This document shows positions 1-14,600 of a stretch of 64,000 nt of DNA, in pieces. Origin of the DNA: Psilocybe cubensis (Eukaryota); contig CM039000.1 in assembly GCA_017499595.2 (NCBI GenBank), forward strand, positions 1,674,001 to 1,738,000, read 5' to 3'. How positions within the stretch are numbered: the first letter of the stretch is position 1; each line of letters starts with the position of its first letter. The translations under genes and the position numbers were made by a program. The notes under the pieces are model-generated. The model did not search any database. It was not told where the DNA came from and saw only the letters and a program-made list of their open reading frames with translations.

Positions 1-953
1 CTTTCGAGAAGAAAAACAGGGGCATTCTGCCTGCAAGGATCATTGTTTACCGTGATGGTGTCTCCGAGGTTTTTATTCTTTATTTACTCGTCGGCGTATC
101 TCCGTTGACAATTTTGTTAGGGTCAATACGAAACGGTACTGCAGGAAGAACTTCCCCAGATTCTCGATGCCTTCAAAAGGCTGAGTACCAAGGACCGCTC
201 TGCATACAGGCCGAAATTGTCCATAATTATATGCGGGTGTGTTCTTTGCTTCATATTAAAAACTGGTGTTAATTTGCGCTTGCTTTAGGAAGCGACACCA
301 TGCAAGGTAAGGGCTCTGCCACTTTGATTTTTCCACTTGACTAACACTTTATTTTATTTAGATTTTACCCTACCAATTCGCAGTTCGCCGACAGAAACGG
401 GAACACGCGACCAGGAACTGTTGTGGACAAAGGAATCACAGGAGTGTGAGTCGCCATACGAGCATACACAAGCAATAAATACCTCATAGCTATTATTATC
501 TTGCTAGGTTCGACTTTGATTTTTACCTGCAAGCACATGCGGGCCTTCAAGGCAGCGTAAAGTCGACTCACTACGTTGTAGTGTATGACGAAATCGGATT
601 GTCAGCGGACGAGATTCAAGTGGGTACACATGACGTCAGCTACCTTTATGCGAGAGCGACCAAGGCTGTGAGTCTAATCCCGGCGGCTTATTACGCGGAC
701 CTGGCCTGTGAGCGCGGGCGGTGCTATTTGAACGACTTTTTGGTGGACGATAAATCGTCCAGCACGGGCAGGTCTTCTAAAGTGGACAAAGAAGAAGAAA
801 TGAAGCGTGTGTTTGATGCAGCGAAGAGATCTTGGGGTGAAGGGGTGCGTTTTTTTTTCTTTGTTTGGTTCTTCTGCATATGATACTCATATCATTTGCC
901 CTTTTGTTTCATAGCTTCACCCTGATATGAGGGATAGGATGTTTTATATCTAA
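1..953 (+). CDS. Argonaute (QDE-2-like), 3' part with PIWI domain; 5'-truncated by window edge
   Basis: Spliced translation gives IIVYRDGVSE/GQY...KRHHAR/FYPT...GTVVDKGIT/FDFYLQAHAGLQG...HYVVVYDE...LYARATKAVSLIPAAYYADLACERGR...MFYI*, which are canonical PIWI motifs; several GT-AG introns; stop TAA at 951-953. Confidence 0.95.
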
Positions 954-1163
954 TTTTGTCGGATTGCAGGAATCACAGTTGGAACAAAGGAAAATGTTTG
1001 ATACCATGTATAAAATATATCCCTCATCGCTCTATATACATACCGTCATGCAAATAGCACAAAAAGATAGAAGATCAAGTCAGATTTCACCGGTGGTACG
1101 GAGCCAAGTGGGGGTAAGATTATCGTGATAAATAACAGTTATTTATGTGCGTAGGTCCATGGA

Positions 1164-2719
1164 TTACAGCAGCATCCTTCCAGCCCATCTGGGCATGGGT
1201 ATACATTCCCGGATATTGTCAACACCTGACACCCAACTGATGAGACGCTCGAATCCCATTCCAAACCCAGCGTGTGGTGCACCGCCGTATTTTCTCAGGT
1301 CAAGATACCACTCGCTTCCTGGAACGTCTTCCATTTTCTTTGACAATAGCTCGACGCGTTCTTCACGTACGCTACCCCCTATCAGTTCGCCTACATGGGG
1401 AACCAGCAAATCAAAACAGGCTACAGTCCGTTCGTCAGAATTGAGCCGCATGTAGAACGGTTTGAGAGACGCCGGATAGTCAGTGACAAAGACCGGGCCG
1501 CCAACTAGCGTCTCTGCCAACCATCGCTCGTGCTCGCTCTGCAGCGCATGGCCCCATACTGGTGTATGGACAAAGTTCTGGGACGGGTGGATTTTAGACA
1601 GTTCCTCAATGGCTTCCGAGTAGCTCATGCGCGCCCATGGTTTTTCACTATTCACAGCATCAGAAAGGGTTTTTAGCTTGTGCGCGTCACCATCCTTCCA
1701 CAGCACACGGAGGTCAGGGCTGTCCAGAAGTGGTGCTGTAGTCTCTTTGAGTAGGGCTTCAGTGAGATCACAAACGCCGTGTACGCCGTTATCGGCAGGA
1801 AAGGCCCATTCGGCCTCGAGCATCCAAAACTCTGCGAGGTGTCGGCCAGTCATAGATTTCTCGGCGCGGAAACAAGGGGATAGCGTGTATACGCGGGAGA
1901 TAGCCGTGGCAAGAGCCTCGAGGTGCAGCTGGTGAGATACGGTTAGAAAGGCGGGTCTGGAAAAGAACTCTGCTGGTGGGGTCGCGGAGGCAGATGCTGG
2001 ATGCTGGGATTCTACCATGGCGAGACGGAAGGCTTCCCCGGCGCCTTCCGCGTCGTTGCCGGTAATTACGGGAGTGTTTGCGTAGCAGAATCCTTGCTCC
2101 TACAGGGTGATTTAGGATTATAATGGCAATATGAGGGTTGTTGGTGGTACCTCGAACCAAGAGTTGATTTGCCTCTGCAGACGGTCACGAAGCCTGAGCA
2201 TGGCAGCAATGTGTGATGTACGGGCGCGCAAGTGTACATTGTCGCGTAAATGTTCGATGGAGAGCTCTTGTTTTTGTATGGGATAGGTCTGCAACGGCGT
2301 CAGTTGCATGGACACAACTTGGTAAAAAGATATGCACATCGGGATTACACTCGCCGAGAACGGCGACGCGACCGGCGTCGGCCTGGTCGACGAGAAGTTC
2401 ATGAGACTGACCGCTGCCGGGAGACTGAACTAGACGACCTGTGACGCGTACAGAAGCGCCATTTGTCAACCTACACTAATGTCAGACCAACAGCCTGACG
2501 GGTTGGGGAAAGGACAGACTTTTGCAGGTCGAGACCCTTGAGAAAGACGACCTGGAGACCCTGTGGGGCGCTGCCATCTGTGATGACTGCAAAGGCGAGA
2601 TTCTTCTGTTTGCGAATAGACCTGATCCAGCCAGAAACAGTGGTAGAGTGGATTGGAAGGGGCGGGTGTGCGAGGAGATGGCTGATGGTAGGTGGAAGAG
2701 CCAACCTGGGAGGAAACAT
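1164..2719 (-). CDS. SLM5: Asparaginyl-tRNA synthetase, probably mitochondrial
   Basis: OB-fold start (VSGWIRSIRKQK..FAVITDGS), HLRART, motif 2 (FRAEKS..RHLAEFWMLEAE), motif 3 (PHAGFGMGFERL); no N-terminal extension like that of cytosolic AsnRS; several introns. Confidence 0.88.
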
Positions 2720-2922
2720 GAAAGGAAAGAGCACGTGGGAGAGAAGAAGGAGCAAGGATGAAGCGGCTTTGCTTTGTTTGATTCCATTTCATTGGCGTGA
2801 TCGACAGCGACACTCCGAGCATTCGCCACGCTGCTCGGTCCGACTCTCTCCATGTCCTCACAACATCTTGTACAGTAGCTACGCAACTTGATCATCTAGA
2901 TTCATTCTCTACTCATATAAAA

Positions 2923-5900
2923 ATGCCACATCGCCAACTTTCCTTATCGCTGTCGGGTCAGGCCCCCCCTCCATCCTACCAGGGTCAGCACACCGACGAC
3001 CCACACGTCCCTGGCTACGCGTTCGAGCCATACGCCCCTTCGCCCCCGCCATCCACCACCACCCACCACCCGATCTCCACAATGGGTCTTCCACAGCCCA
3101 AGGAAAAGGACAAGCCTCACATCATGATCATCCCAGACACTCCCTACCTCGCCCTCAAAGGCACAGGCCCCGACGTCGAGCCAACCACTCTCAGCGGAAA
3201 TGTCGTTCTCTATCTCACAGAATCCACCACACTCAAGGAGATCACCCTCCAGTTCAGAGGCAAGGCCCGCATACCAATGCCTGCTAATGAATCGTCAGTC
3301 TTTCTCTCCATCTCTTTCTTTTCAATGCCAACAATTTTTTGTCCAGTTTAATTAACAACAGCACCTACATCACATATGTCGTATGCAACCACGACTGGTC
3401 CTTTCTCGAATCCGGCTCCTCGTCCTCTTCTTCTTCTTCGCACAAGCGGCACTCGCGCACTCTCAAAGCCGGCAAACATTACTTTCCCTTCTCCCTCTCC
3501 ATCGGCGGCACTCTTCCCTCATCTATAACCACACCCGCCCTCGGAGGTGCCAGTGTTGCATACAAACTTCGTGCCGTTGCAACCCGTACGGGACTCGCCC
3601 ACAATCTACAGACCATCATCCCCGTCCCCCTCCTCCGCACCTTCACCCCCGAGGCCCTCGAGTACCAGCAAACCCTCGAAATCGAAAACACATGGCCAGA
3701 CAAGATGATGTATGCCATCATGCTCCCACACAAGGCCTGGGCCGCTGGCGATACACTAGGTGCAGTGGTCAAGTTCAGTCCGTTGGGAAAAGGCGTCAGA
3801 GTCGCCAGCGTGGTTAGTACCCTCTGGGAGACTACCAAAATGTATGCCCGGAGCGGCACCCAGGAGGATACCAGGCCTGTGTGCAGCATCCGACACGAAA
3901 TTGTTGATGGCCGCGCGGTGGAGGTCGATTGGAGTTCAAATCCCAGTGGGAGCAAAAGTGCCGGCACAGACAGCGGTGGCCGCTCAAAGCTGGGAGCGTT
4001 CAATTTTGGGATAGGTAACTCCCGCCCGACGTCGGCACAGGGCTATAGAGATTTTGGATATACCGATCCGTCAGCTTCGGGTCCTTCGTCGGCCTCTGGC
4101 TCGGATGGGATGACAGAACAGGCGAGGAGGCGTCTGCAAAGAGAGCAAGACGAAGAGCAAGAGCGACTGTTAGGATACGAGAACCACGACGTCGTGGCGT
4201 GCATTAAAATGCCTATCCCGCTGTCCTCCTTTGACTATTCCGCGTCTGGGAACGCTTCTGCAGTAGGCACGCCCACCCACACCCCATATTCTGCCCCGTC
4301 CTCCGCATCAACTTCAACCTCACACTTCCCCTCCTTATCATTATCCTCCCACTCAAACCACTCGCCAACGTCGCCATTCGCAGGTGTGGCAGGGTCATCC
4401 TCGTCATCGACCCCGCCAGTGCTCGTGACGCCATCACACGCGCTCGAGCCAGTAGTGGTTTCCCATCGATTAAGATGGAGTATTTTCATTCAAAACCGCG
4501 ACGGACACATCTCCGAGCTGAGGTGCAGTCTCCCCGTGACCATTCTTGACGGGCGTCTCAAGGAAGAGGCAAGGGATGCAAGTCTCGTGTCGCGCCGCAT
4601 GATGGTGCGCAGCTGCCCAGGGCTTAGCGATACCCTGGAGAGCGACGACGAGGAGGTGTGGGGTATCAACCGTGATGGCGAGGATGCAGGTGAGGGAGCT
4701 GTCGGTTCCCGGGGTGTCGCAGGCGAAGATGGGCTAGGTAGAGGTGACAGGGAGCTTCCCAGCTACACCGCCCATGTGCGGGACAGAGTGGCGAACATGT
4801 TTCTCCCCGAAGCTGTGACGGTGCGCGTGGGCAATCCATGGGTTGTCGGTGGCGGTAGCGCTGGGGGTAGTGTAGCGAGCATGCCAACGAGTCCAGCAGC
4901 GCTGCTGGTAGACAACGACCCTCTTTCGTTCAGACCGGCCTTGGTGTCTGCATTGAGTGCTGGTGAGAGTGGCGCAAGTGCCTCCACGATAGCATCAACA
5001 CCTGGCAGCGGGAATGAGGCGGCTGACGCTCACGTGATGTCGCATCTCCCACACGCGCCCCCGCCGACAGGCTCGGGCGCAAGCACCCCGCTCGACTGGG
5101 TAAACTCAGAACTGCTGCTAAGCCTAAGCGGTGATGCAGTGAGGCGCTTTGGGGGCGGGGAGGCTAATGTGGGGACGCCGGGAACAGGAACGTTCTCGCC
5201 TGTACCAGGAGGCATGCGTACTCCGCCTTCGGTTCTGCAGTATGTCGCTCCTGTGCCGGGTGCGTATGGAGGAAGTAGGTGGGGAAGCAGGGTGGGTAGC
5301 AGGGCGAACAGTAGAGCTGCGAGTCCGGAGAGAGGTGGAGGCAACGATCACCATCATAGCGGAGAGCATCCAGAACGCGAGGGTCGCTCGCGTCCTAGCT
5401 CCCCTGTCAATGCGCCTGCGTCGCTGGGGTACGTGTATGAACCACTACCATCGGCGCCTATTGGTTCAGGCGCATCCTCGCACAAAAGAGCCACGGGTGA
5501 CGCGTCCTCGTCGTCGCATGAATCGCATGGATCAGGCCATGGCATGCGGAACCTACAGAGTCTGTTCAAAGCTACGATGAAACCATTCACGGCTCTCTCG
5601 CTTGGTGGGAAACATAGGCATGACGATAAGGACCATCATCATCCTCACCACCAACACCGTGAGGGAAGCAGTACATCGCATAGCAGAGAAGGCAGCACGG
5701 CGAACAGTCGTAGTAGCTCACCTGTTCCTGACCAAAGTATACACACGAGCAGCACGTACCCAGCATCCTCTGCAGCATCGACGTACACTTACACAGCAGA
5801 CTCGGTGATGAATTTGCCACTCTCGACATCCCATGATCCCATCGCATCGCCTGTGGCCTCCAGAGTTTCTGAAGATCAGTCAGTGCTCACCACTGCATCG

Positions 5901-6689
5901 TCATCAGCAAGTTTGCATGCAAATACCCAACCACAAGCGCACTCTAGCTCATCGCTAGGTCAGCCATCCATGTCGACATCCGAGCTCACAAGCCTACGCC
6001 GCGCCGCGATCTCCTCTCCATACGCCCAGGCAAACGTCCAGCAGCAGCAGCAGCTCCAGACCCAACAGCAACAGCAGTTGTCAGGACCCGCGTTACTGCA
6101 CCGTGCGCTTACAGAGGTTCCAGATTACTCTATCGCCTCACGAGGGTTCATCGGCGGTGTAGCACCGCTCAGCTCTATGAAAGGACTGCCGAGCTACCAG
6201 GAGGCCGTCGGACACGGAGGCCAGCAGACATATGGATCGTATCAGACTTACCACCAAGGCGGCGGAAGGCGACCGAGTCCATTGTCCGGTAGCGAAAACA
6301 GTGCTGGGGAGGGGAGCTCGCATATACCCACGAACACGGGCACGAACGCGTCGCCCCCACCCCCGCCGAATGGACCACGACGTAGTGCTGCAAGTGTGCC
6401 GAACCTGACGAGCCATTTCGCGCAGTCTTTGACTGTTAGCTCGGGCTCGAATACAACGCCGCCTGTGCCTCCCATTCCTACATATGTGTCAGGTGCGGCG
6501 GAAGACGAAGAAAGAGAAGTTGGGATATTGCAGCGCTTGGAGAGCGCCGGTGCTATTTCGGGTCTCGGAACTGTTGCAGGACCGTACACAGCACCCCAGC
6601 GTCAAAGAGAAGATGACGAAGACGACGACGACGAAGATGGAAATGGCATTGAAATGCGGACACGTTCTCATACAGTCACCCGTCCATGA
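2923..6689 (+). CDS. Alpha-arrestin / arrestin-related trafficking adaptor (Rod1/CreD-like)
   Basis: Arrestin N-fold (LSGNVVLYL..ITLQFRGK; GKHYFPFSL..LPSS; YKLRA; ENTWPDKMMY), VSHRLRW..ISELRCSLPV C-fold, PY-like motifs PPSY, LPSY (twice) and VPDY, long low-complexity tail; one intron at about 3295-3346. Confidence 0.85.
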
Positions 6690-7086
6690 TTTTCCTTTTT
6701 CTTTTATTTCTACTTTAATCATTATTTCTATTCACTGGGATGCTGTCATATTTATCTCGTTTCCGTCATTACCATCCCCTAGACTTCTTTTTCAGGATTT
6801 TGTTTCTTGTGATATCGGGTTTAACGTATTTTGTTCACTTGCTTTTTTATTTCTGCCTCATTCAAGGACCAATCCTTCATATTATATCTCCACTCAGTGC
6901 ACCTATAGACATCATGACCACCATACAAAATGACGATTTACGATACTTTTTCAACTAGATTTATCCAATAGATCAAAGTAAATGAATATCCTTTCAATAT
7001 TGCAGACCTTTGAGTTCCCCGCGAGGCAGTATGGAGTCGAGTCAGGTCGTATCAACTTGACTAGGGCCATCAATGTTCATTAATAG

Positions 7087-8519
<1,433 letters not shown>

Positions 8520-8706
8520 CACGAATCCATCTCAACGGAAATTTTACCCCGTTACAATCCTTGGTCTACTGTACTCCTGGTGTTCATAGGAAAATGTTCC
8601 CGGGGTCATGTTACAAAGTCATTAGCATGGTGCAAAAAACAAAATCCTAGCTATACTACTACTAATAAATACATAGATGCTCCATCTGAACGCGTCTATC
8701 TCATCA

Positions 8707-10152
8707 TTAACGATTCCAGGAAAGCAGCGACATGTCCCCAAGACGTCTATAAAAGATTTGTGAGTCAGGAACCCTTTAACAAGTACAATAAACTAACCTT
8801 GGTTTGATAAGATGACGAGCAGTGCCTAAAATTGCGAGCAGGACGAAAACTGCTGCCGCAGCGACATACGCCCAGCCTAAGAAGGGATTCTTTCCTCCAA
8901 CCCATGATACGGTTGAGATAACAATCGATTTAGTGCCTTTGTAAGGAAGGACAGGGAAATCTGAAAGACATATTAGATGTATGAAGCTGTTTGTTAATGG
9001 AGCATACACACTAAGTCCAACAACTATTTGATATGTACCCTTCTGCATTGTGTCCTTATCATTTCTGCCATAAAGCTTCGTAAATGTAGGAAGACCGGCA
9101 GTTCGCATCCAATTTTGGAAACGCTCATCACTACGCAGATCGGGAGGGGGGTTTTCGTTGGTATAATTATTAGGGAAGCGAAGTTGCCAGTTAGGAGGAG
9201 GGACAATCTCATCAAGGCTAGCATAACCGCCGGGACCAACCGGATTAGTGGTATATTTCTTCGCTTCTCCCGGCCATGCAATACCGCTCGAAGAAAAGTT
9301 ATAGGTTTGCGAAGACTCGGATGAGCCGGAAGGGTTGAGCAACACTGGGTTGGAGAAAGTATCTAATTCAAATATTCTTAGCGTTATATTTGTAATATGT
9401 GTTTAAAACGAGCGAACCGTTGAAGAGAGAGTTTGCAATGAGGCCACACGGGTATATCGCCTTGCCGTCTATAGTAGATAGAGGCTTGCAGTCGCTATTG
9501 TCAAGATCTTTCGGACTGACATATTTGCCCTTCAATTGATTAGAATTGAGGCTCTTCACATATCGACGATGGTTTTGGAAGAAATTGGTGAGTTTATAGT
9601 AAAGCAAAACGGATGGTTCAAGGTCTGCAGGAATTTGGAATTGGATAGCACACTGTTTCTTGTCAGAAAGATCCGTCACGGTGGAGTTGTTGGTATTGTC
9701 AAGAAATGCATAGCGAGGTGCAGCAATATTATTGGATTCCTTGTCATCCTTTGAACGGAGCTGGTAAGAGTATTTATTCGACGGAATATTAACGAAGTTG
9801 AGGGAGTTGTTTGAGGCCGAAGGTGTTTGATTTTCACAGTCGGTGTAGTCAATTGTAATCTCCGTTACAAGGGACGAACCCCAGATGAGAAGGCCGCCAA
9901 TGGGTGCAAATATGATGCCAATAATGAAAAGGGTAGGCAGCACGGTCTTTGGAGTCAAGATAGGTTGCCATGCCTTGAGCCTCTGCTGCTTGAAAGCGGT
10001 GTCTGAACGTGCGTGCGTTGGCAAATAGGTCAGCACAGGTCATAAAGCAACGACGTACTGGCAGGACGTTTCCAGCCGCCTTTTTCCTTCTTGTTCTCCG
10101 AGGAGTCTCCCGAGTCTGAGTCTGGCTTTTTCTTTCTGTTGAAGAGACCCAT
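8707..10152 (-). CDS. CDC50: CDC50/LEM3 family flippase beta-subunit
   Basis: KRPA/NTAFKQQRLKAWQPILTP, TM1, YYKLTNFFQNHRRYVKS, PCGLIANSLFN, FQNWMRTAGLPTFTKLY, GGKNPFLG-TM2, LGDMSLLSWNR*. Confidence 0.93.
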
Positions 10153-11349
10153 TGTGAGGGAGAAGGGGTGAGGAACGGAGTGAAGATGATAAATGCACGG
10201 CAAGCGGCGCGCAGCCGTCACAGTGACTTTTGTTCATCATCCTCATCACGTAAGCCACCGACGACCATGTCTCTCGTCTTCGATGCACTTCAAAGTCCTA
10301 CAGATGCTCTTTGCCAATTGTACGAACAGAATAAATCTCAAGGAATAGACTCCTTTCCTGCCACAGTTACTGCACACTTTAGTTCCATCTTCAAGTCCAA
10401 CGATGCATTCCAGCAGGTGCTTTTGGCATTTAATTATGGCACTCAGCGCGTCTTGTTTTCAATAATTGATAATATCGAAATAGATTCCTATGCTGGATCT
10501 GCATCATCCACCAGAATCTTTTGCGGACAGATCCCTAGTTATTTTCAATGCAATGGTGCAAGATACTTCATTGTCACCCGAGCTTTACCTTGCCACCAGA
10601 AGCAACAACACATGTGGTGGTTGGGGTCTTGTGGACGAAGTTCCATCCAATGATGGTATTCAATACGAAAATCTGAGAGAATGTAGTACATTCTGGGCAG
10701 TCTCTATACCAGGATTAAGCTCGTGGTGCTATGATGAAACCAAGGTACCCCCCTCTTCCCCGTACACCGTAATACAGAAGCACAAGTACCCGGTGCTTGA
10801 TGCACCACATATTGGGGCACAGATCAAGGTTTGGAATACCTGCAATCACTTATATTTGAAAACCTACAACATAATCCATTACTAGGTCTACGATGAGAAG
10901 TTGTCTGCATCATTTCGGGCAACAGACACAGTTTCCTTCATCGGCATTTTAACCTTTGAGCCGTACGTGATTTTCAGAGCAAACCTATGTTAATCGTTGA
11001 TGTACATGAACTAGTCTTTCTGCCAGCATTGACGTACCGAATTCTAAGAATGTCCCGACCATTCATATGTTGTTCTCCCTTCCGATTCCACGCACAATCG
11101 CACCTAGATCTTTTCCCGAAGAGGCCCTCCCTACATCTATTGCAAACTTGCGGAAAGAACTCATTCAATGGATAGCCGATGAAGGACTTGGTGGTGACTA
11201 TGTGGCTGCAGAATGGGTTTTTATATGCGCCATTGCTCGAGTGTAAGCTGACCGTATTTCGGCAATATCTGTTCTAATTCTTCCTACAGGCGGTCGAGGC
11301 GTCCTCCAGTTCTTCCTTTGTCTCTAACAATTGCAGGTTTCCCAGCGCC

Positions 11350-11532
11350 TGTAAGGTTCTCACTGTGGTCTGCAATGCAGCACGAAAGGTAACCTAATAA
11401 CGAAGTTATATAAAGAATGGAGTATGTACCAGTAGTACATACCTAATAACGAAGTGGTCAAAGCTAAAGGATATACTGTATCTACGAAGGAGGATAACAG
11501 CGCGGGATCACGTGTGTGGTCATATCATGACA
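11350..11532 (-). repeat. 3' LTR (183 bp)
   Basis: tgtaaggttct...catatcatgaca, direct repeat of 17183-17365, flanked by TSD GCGCC. Confidence 0.97.
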
Positions 11533-11546
11533 CCACACCCCCTCTT
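11533..11546 (-). other. Polypurine tract (PPT)
   Basis: Minus strand AAGAGGGGGTGTGG lies directly before the 3' LTR. Confidence 0.85.
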
Positions 11547-11686
11547 GAAGACAGAGAAATGAAGAGGAGAAATAGAAAGACAAAAGAAAGCACGAAATAT
11601 CAAAGAAAGAAAGAAACTAAAAATAGATCGAACGGCCGGCACGCCAAAGAAGAGAGGAAGAGAAAAAAAAAGAACCACAGGCCACG

Positions 11687-14600
11687 TCAGCCAACTGTCC
11701 TAGGACGCCCTCGACGACGTCCTTGCAACACCCCTTCCACAGCCCCTCCCTCTGTGTTCACCCGTCGTGAGACTCCCTGTTTGCGCGAAATCTTGACCTT
11801 ACCCCTCGTAGCTTCCTCCCGACGAAACTTTGCCACCAATCTGCGTGCATTTTGCATGCCGTACTCTGGAATCCACTCGTTTTCGCTCTCGTCAAACCCA
11901 AGCCACTTCACCAAAAACTCCACAACACCACCCCTCGTCCGCCGCTCCCTCAGTATGCGCTCAATTTCACGCTCTTCGCCGCCGGGCATTAACACAGGCG
12001 GCGGCGGCAACTGTCGTCTGCCCAGAATGGTGTCCGTACGAGCTGGGATCAAGCACGAGACATGGAAAACATCGTGAATGGCCCAACCAGCAGGCAACTC
12101 CAATCGATATGCAGAATCGGAGACTTTCTGTGCAATACGGAAAGGCCCAAAACGACGAAAATCCAATTTATTGTTAGGGCGCGATGAGCGCAGGTCAGAG
12201 CGTTCCAAGAAGACACGATCACCAGGGATGTAGTCGGGTGCCTCATCCACCCAATCATCGTGAAATTTCTTCATCCTCTCCGCGGTGAGTGTCAGAATTG
12301 CCTGCAGCTCGCCCTGCACCCTGTGGATGCGCTCCAGCCTCTCGTCGGCGCGTGGAACTGATTGCGAATTCACAGGATCCACGGAAAACGATGGGTTATA
12401 GCCGTATTCAGCAAAAAATGGGGACATCCCTATTGCTGTATGGTGTCTGTTGTTGTAGGCAAACTCTGCAAAGGGAAGCCACTGCACCCAGTCGTCCTGG
12501 TAGTAGTCGACGTACGCGCGCAGGTAAATTTCCAATTCCTGATTAACCCTCTCTGTCTGACCATCGGTTTGTGGGTGATTAGCGGATGACATCGCGCGCT
12601 TAATACCCAAACGTTCCCACAAACGTTTTGTGTATTTCGCAATAAATTGTGGCCCCATGTCCGACACAATCTTCTTGGGAGTCCCATGCAAAGACCATAC
12701 CCGGTCTATGAAGGTGTCACACATTTCTACTGCACCATCGGTGGTGTGTGCCGGAAGGAAGTGGGCACGCTTTGTTGACTTGTCACAGACCACCTGAACC
12801 GCGTCGTATCCCTGCGATGGTGGCAGCGGCCCAATGTAATCGGTGGAAATGTGCTGCCAAGGACCTGCAGGCACCTCAAGGGGTTGTAGCTTTCCATAGG
12901 GTTTCTGTCGACGGGGCTTGGTGCGTTGGCAAGTATCACATCCATCAACATACCGAGCAACAAATTCTGACATCCTTGGCCAATAGTAGTTCCGTGACAC
13001 CAGCTCCAGCGTGTTTGAGATACCAGGGTGGCCTGCCGGGATCGCATCGTGATACAGCTGCAAAATCCAACGCTTCAATTCCTCGTCATTGGGCACATAC
13101 ACCAGCCCACGAAACCGCACCACGCCATCATCCACCACAAAGTCCTTCAGCCGACGTTGAACAAGGCCGGGAGCGTTAGGTAAATCCCACATGAGATCCA
13201 ACTTGGGGTCCTTACGAGACACTGTACGTATCCTGTCCATAATCTCCTTGTCGGCACGTATAACTTGCCCCACCCTAGCCACCACCTTGGACATACCACA
13301 ACAACGCAGCTCCAGCACCACACCTCGCTTTCCCAACACCGTACCACCACCACCATCATTGGAATCCTGCCCCAGCCTCTCTGCTGGCAAGATCTCCATA
13401 GCAGCATTGTCACGGGCCATCCCGTGGATGTGGTCAGCACGACGAGACAACTCGTCTGGACCTGCACTCAAACGGCCAGGCCGGTGGTGGATCTTGAAGA
13501 CAAAACGGTTCAAAAAAAGGCTCCACCGCGCCTGTCTGCGATTCAAATCACGAGCTGTCATGAAGAACTCCAGGTTGCGATGATCAGAAAATATATCAAT
13601 ACAGAAGGGGTTGCCCTCCAGGTATGGTCGCCAGACTTCAAGAGCACGCACAACAGCTAACAACTCCTTGTCGTGAACATCATAGTTGCGCTCTGCGGGT
13701 TGCATAGCCTTTGAAAAGTAAGCCACGGGGCGCCAATCACCAGCTGCATCCTTCTGCGACAGGATGGCTCCTACAGCAAAATCTGATGCATCCGTCTCAA
13801 CATGGAATGGCGCCTCCATTTCCGGCAGCATCAATACTGGTGCTTGTATAAATGCTTGCTTCAACTGTGCAAACGCCGCTTGCTCCACATCACCCCACCT
13901 CCAAGCCATGTCTTTCCGCTTCAAATTCTCCAGTGGGCGGGTAATGTTGGCATAGTCTGCAATAAAGCGGCGATAGAAGTTACAGAAGCCAAGGAAGCGA
14001 CTAACATGCCGAACATTGCGTGGCACTGGCCAATCCGTTACCCCGCTGACCTTGACTGGGTCCATGCCAACACAACCAGGTGAGATACGAAATCCCAAAT
14101 AATCCACTTCTGTCGTGCGGAACTGACACTTCTCTGGTTTCAGAAACAGATCTGCTTTCCGAAGGCGACGCAAGACTTCCTTAACCTGTTCGTCGTGTTT
14201 TGAAGGGTCTTGAGAGAAGATAATAATGTCGTCCAGGTAGAGTACCACATTAATGTCGACAAGGTCATGGAATAGATCATTAACCATGCGCTGAAAGGCA
14301 GCCGGAGCATTGCGAAGACCAAACTGCATAACCAAAAATTCAAATTGGCCATAACGGGTCCGGAAAGAAGTCTTCCATTCATCACCTTCCCGTATGCGCA
14401 CATTGTAGTAACCCCATCGCATGTCTAAGGTAGTGAAAACCTTTGCTGCCTTGAGACGGTCTAGGAGTTCAGCGGAGAGAGGAATTGGGTATGCATCGGG
14501 CCGCGTGATGGCATTGAGTGCACGAAAATCCACCACAAGACGGAGAGATCCGTCCTTCTTTTTGACAAAGAAAACAGGAGCTCCACACGGGGCCTTGGAG

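Noticed and set aside
6039-6080. CAG-rich tract as a separate repeat element
   Set aside because: It encodes a short polyQ in the disordered arrestin tail, which is ordinary low-complexity coding sequence.
11350-11532. Short direct repeats in the LTR as a CRISPR-like array
   Set aside because: Only two 15-bp copies inside a eukaryotic LTR, with no spacer array or cas genes.
11454-12077. 207-aa antisense ORF starting in the LTR (possible third or env-like ORF)
   Set aside because: Non-ATG start, low-complexity Lys/Arg sequence from an A-rich 3' UTR, and overlap with the pol end in antisense; no signal peptide or TM pattern.
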